DNA from: the human T2T-CHM13v2.0 reference genome, Homo sapiens
Assembly (NCBI RefSeq): GCF_009914755.1
Contig: NC_060926.1
Direction: 5' to 3' (one strand)
DNA length: 64,000 nucleotides
Below, one piece after another: positions 59,690-64,000 of this stretch. The notes beneath the pieces were generated by a model that did no database searches, was not told the origin of the DNA, and saw nothing but the letters and a program-made list of their open reading frames with translations. A program made the position numbers and the translations under genes. Positions within the stretch are counted from its first letter, which is position 1, and every line of letters begins with the position of its first letter.

Positions 59690-60420
59690 TTTATATTCAT
59701 TGGACTTTAATACTACAAATATTTTTTAAGTGTCTAATATGCTTGGCATTATTCTTGCTAAGAATAATGAGGTTATAAAAGTGAACAAAACAGAGGCAGA
59801 TCCTCATTCTGGAGGAGATTATATTCTAGTGAGGAGTCATGGGGGGAGATGATGAGTGAATACGTGTAGAATGTCTTATGCCACGGAGAAAACGACAACA
59901 CAGAAGACCAAGTACCAGAGATGGAAGGGGCTTATCTTAAATAGATGGTTCAGGAAGCCTCACTCAGAAGCTGACATTTGAGTAAGACCTGAAGCAGGTG
60001 AAGAAGCCCGCCCCGCAAATGGCTGGGAAGAGTTCCAGGCAGAGAGAACAGCAGGAGAACTGGGCCAGTGCCCTGAGGTGAAATTGCCCCAGCTTATCCA
60101 GGGAGGTTTTAGCCCCAGTGAGAAGTTCAGTAGGTTCTGAGCCCTGCTCTCAGTGGGCGCCTCTTAGGCCAACCAGGCCAATTGACTATGGGGTGTGAGA
60201 GAAAGGAGTCAGCAATGACAGAGGTTTTTGGTCTGGGAACCAAGAGATAGAAGCTGCCATTTTCTGAGATGAGGTGGATATGGGAGTAGGTTTTGGGGGC
60301 AGGGTTGCTTGTGAGCAGGTTGAGTTACAAGTTCTGAGTTCAAGAAAGGCCTGAGCCAGACAGATAACATTTAGAATTTGTTAGTTTAAAGGAGAAATTT
60401 CAGCAGTGAACCTGGCTGAG
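59690..60420 (-). mobile_element. L2 fragment with internal deletion
   Basis: gtgaacaaaacagaggcagatcc...tgacatttgagtaagacctgaag...gagttccaggcagagagaacagc ... ggggtgtgagagaaaggagtc. Confidence 0.8.
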
Positions 60421-61061
60421 ATTCAATCTCAAAGCCCAGATTTTTTTTTTTAATCTCCAGAACATCTCTCACTTTACAACTAAACAGAACTTTTTATTTT
60501 TTTAACCTCACGTTTTCTTTCCTTTGCAGTTCACCATTGGCATCGCATCAGGATCTATCCCTGTTCTTGCTTCCTCTCTAGGTAGATACCCCTCACCAGT
60601 AGGCACCCTGGGCAGCCTGAAATATGAAATATGCCTTTCTCAATGGGCAAAAAGCTGCTCGGTGTGGTGCAGGACGCATGGTCTGCTGTCCACATTGAGA
60701 ACCTGGCCTCGGATCCATTGCCCTGCCTTGTTAAGTAGTGTCTGTGTCCTCGTTACTTCCAGCCTCAGTTTTGATTTGACTGCTTCCTTGCCTTGCCTTC
60801 TGTTTACCTGAATATAACCACACTCATTTTACCCATGTGTACATCTGGCAGAAACCACCTTTTTTCTGGTAGTTTCAATAAATGTCTTATCTCCCATACT
60901 AGGCCTTAAGAGCAGACCTGTGTTTTCCTTACCTTCCTGTTGTCCACAGTGCCTTTCAAGTAGTCAGTGATCCCATGCCACGGGGATGGGAGGCACATTT
61001 GCATTGACCACACCCCTTCCCATTCCAGCCCTGGCCGTGCATCATTGCATGAGGTCTAGAG

Positions 61062-61262
61062 CAGTATTTTTTCAAACTGTGGTGTGAGGACCACCTGCAT
61101 CCACTAAGGAACAGGTTAGCATGCACATTCCCAGGTCTCACCTCCGACCTGCTGAATAAACCTAGTAAATTGCCTTCTTTGGGGTGGGATCTGGGTATCT
61201 GAGTTTTTAACAAGCCCTCCCACCCCCTCCAGATTATTCTTAAGCAAATATGAAAACTCCAG
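61062..61262. mobile_element. MER5-like hAT-Charlie MITE
   Basis: cagtattttttcaaactgtggt...accacctgcatc...ttcccaggtctcacctccgacctgctgaat...tttttaacaagccctcc. Confidence 0.8.
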
Positions 61263-62529
61263 GTACAGAGAAAGATTACAATTCCAGTTTCACTGTTTCC
61301 AGCTTGGACAAATCATCCATCTCAAGCCTCAGGTTTCTTTCTTCTCTCTACAATGAGTATGTTGACACTTGCTACCTGTTTTGTAAAGGTGTTGTAAAAA
61401 CTCAAGCAAGGAGCACTTTGGAAACCTGTGCTAATCTCATCTTCTGGTATCTTTTCATTTTCATGTGGAGGTCAAGCTTTAGCTACCTACAGATTGACTT
61501 CTTGAACACAGAGACCAGTGATGTGCACGTGAAGTTACCTAGTGCTATTTATGTGCCTGAACTTTTAGTAAATACCAGGTAATAGAAATCAGGTAGATAC
61601 CCTTCTGTGTCCTGGAAAGGCAGAAGGCTTTTTTCTTGTTCTCTACATCTTTCTTGGACCATCATTAAAACATGTGTGCAGTGAGAAAGAAGGAGTTAGA
61701 AAAATGTTTGTAGGTTAGTCTAGGATAACTATTGTATGCACTGTTTTTTTTTCCAGGGAAAATATTTTAAAGGTAATTCATAGGAAAAGTGATCTGTACC
61801 TATTTAAGAGCAGTAAAGCCATTCATTGGAGTTTTATAACAAACTCATAGTAAATTCACTCACTCCTGACCTCTGGCTTTTGAAAATAGTTTCACTTCTT
61901 AAAGAAACTGTAATGCAATCAACAGCAGGTAGTAGGCCTGGAATCAAGATGCAACAAGAGAAAAAAAAAACTTTTCTTCCCCTTACCCTTTTCGTGTCTT
62001 GAGTGACTGGGCATCATTACAAGTAGTTCATACCAACTCTTAGTAGAACAACATCTGCTAAGTCTGTTATTGTTTTGGGGGGCTTACTTAAAATACTTTT
62101 CCACATGCTAAGAAAATCCTGATGGTGGACATCTGTTAAGATTACTGCCCTCTTAAAGGCTTGTTTGAGATGTTAACAAACTTACAAAACACATTTCTGA
62201 ACAAAGACTTGGTTAGGGTTCATGCCATTAGACATACTCTGTTTGCAATTACAATAGTCTCATCTTTCATATTTTTTAAATGTAAAGTTCTTTGCTTGCA
62301 TTCCACCTTCTTTCTACTGGAAAGTGTCCATCAAGTCCTCTGGCCCTGAACTAATCACTTCAGTTCAGGTACCAAAATAAGTTTAATAAATATTCCTGGA
62401 AACACCCTCAAGGACTTGGCCAGCCCAGGCATCTACTAAAACACCCAAGTCACATGTGGAACCAGATGTCAAGTATGCAGATAAGGACATAGAAGTCACA
62501 AAAGTGATAACCAGAGACCTAAGAGTGGG

Positions 62530-62755
62530 GTAGATTTAAGTGAGAGAAACCTGGAGTTCGATGCCTCTTTGTCATTTACCACCTATATGACCTTAGAGAG
62601 GTTCTATAGCTTCTCTGAAGTTCCCGTGCTCTCATCTGTAAGATGGGATAACACTTCTCTCATAGGTTGATATGAAGAATAGATGATATCATAGAGGAAA
62701 AGCACTTAATACAGGACATGATGCATTAGTGCTTAGTAAATGGAGTTATTATTCA
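62530..62755 (+). mobile_element. MIR SINE
   Basis: tgaccttagagagg...ctcatctgtaagatgggataac...cataggttg...aaagcacttaatacag. Confidence 0.8.
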
Positions 62756-62874
62756 CTACTCTGTTCTGTGGAGAATTCATTTACCAACTAAATTCCTCTT
62801 AATGCCTTTTAAACTCTTCTCATTTATACTGTGCCTCATCAGAGAACAGCTGATCAAAATTATCCATATAGTAG

Positions 62875-63287
<413 letters not shown>

Positions 63288-63734
63288 TGAGTGCTTAATC
63301 ATAGTTGTCATTGTCTCAACATTTCCATTTTTATATGTCCCTTTAAAAGTGAGAAACAAAAAGTGGAATACAGTACTCTCACAGAGTCCGTCCTTACAGC
63401 TATAAAGTGTGTTTAGTAGAAATATTAGATTAGTCACAAATGTAATACAGCCAGGTCTGAATTGATGCTTCCATGAGCCTCTGATTCCATGTGAATACCC
63501 AGATTTTCTTCCACTGGTGTACTTAACTCGTCTTTCTGATCTCCTTTTATTTTCTTGTCCTATTGTACTCACTTAAATTTTCTCCATATTGAATTACACC
63601 CTGATTTTGTTTAACTGAAGGACTGACACTCTTGAGATGGCTCAAAGTTGAATCTATAAAATGAGTTGAGAGCTAACAACAGGTCTAGAAAATGCTTTGC
63701 TAGAAAAAAAAGATTTAGCTAGAAAACAGAACAA

Positions 63735-63991
63735 GTCCGGGCGTGATGGCTCACGCCTGTAAACCCAGCACTTTGGGAGGCCAAGGCAGCAGATCACTTG
63801 AGCCTAGGAGTTCGAGACCAGCCTGGACAACATGGTGAAACTCCTTCCCTACTAAAAATACAAAAAAAAAAAAAAATTAGCCAGGCATGTTGGTGCACAT
63901 CTGTGGTTCCAGCTACTCAGGAGGCTGAGCTGGGAGGATCACCTGAGCCTGGGAAGTTGAGGCTGCAGTGAGCCGTGATCACGCCACCACA
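63735..63991 (+). mobile_element. Alu (J/S grade), 3' end at window edge
   Basis: Left arm, A-rich linker and most of the right arm. Confidence 0.93.
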
Positions 63992-64000
63992 CAGACAACA

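Noticed and set aside
56225-60017. Identical 12-mer gcccgccccgca at ~56225 and ~60006 as a fourth local duplication
   Set aside because: Too short, flanks do not align, and the second copy is explicable as diverged L2 sequence
60500-60587. Strong-looking acceptor (ttttctttcctttgcag, 60529) with a possible 52-nt exon
   Set aside because: Downstream donor AG|GTAGAT is weak and there is no coding or other support

Overview
Primate (human-like) non-coding genomic DNA, intronic or intergenic, made largely of interspersed repeats. It holds about 26 Alu elements (J, S and Y grades), one essentially full-length but decayed 7.4 kb L1MA-type LINE-1 with target-site duplications (TSDs), two 5'-truncated L1PA copies, many old L1M/L2/MIR fragments, MaLR LTRs (MLT1) and DNA-transposon relics (MER58, MER5, MADE1). 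I can support no protein-coding exon; the supplied ORFs are Alu/L1 read-throughs or chance ORFs, and the host gene cannot be named. Best finds: (1) a ~125-nt poly(A)-tailed, TSD-flanked retrocopy of the 3' end of the lncRNA GAS5, including a variant of its glucocorticoid-response-element mimic (19028-19169, minus strand); (2) three short (38-130 bp) direct local duplications within ~13 kb, 0.9-2.8 kb between copies, resembling templated double-strand-break repair scars; (3) unusual Alu architectures (a trimer inside one TSD, an Alu-in-Alu inverted pair) and a half MADE1 in an L1 tail. All family/subfamily calls are by eye against remembered consensus sequences; boundaries of old repeats are approximate.
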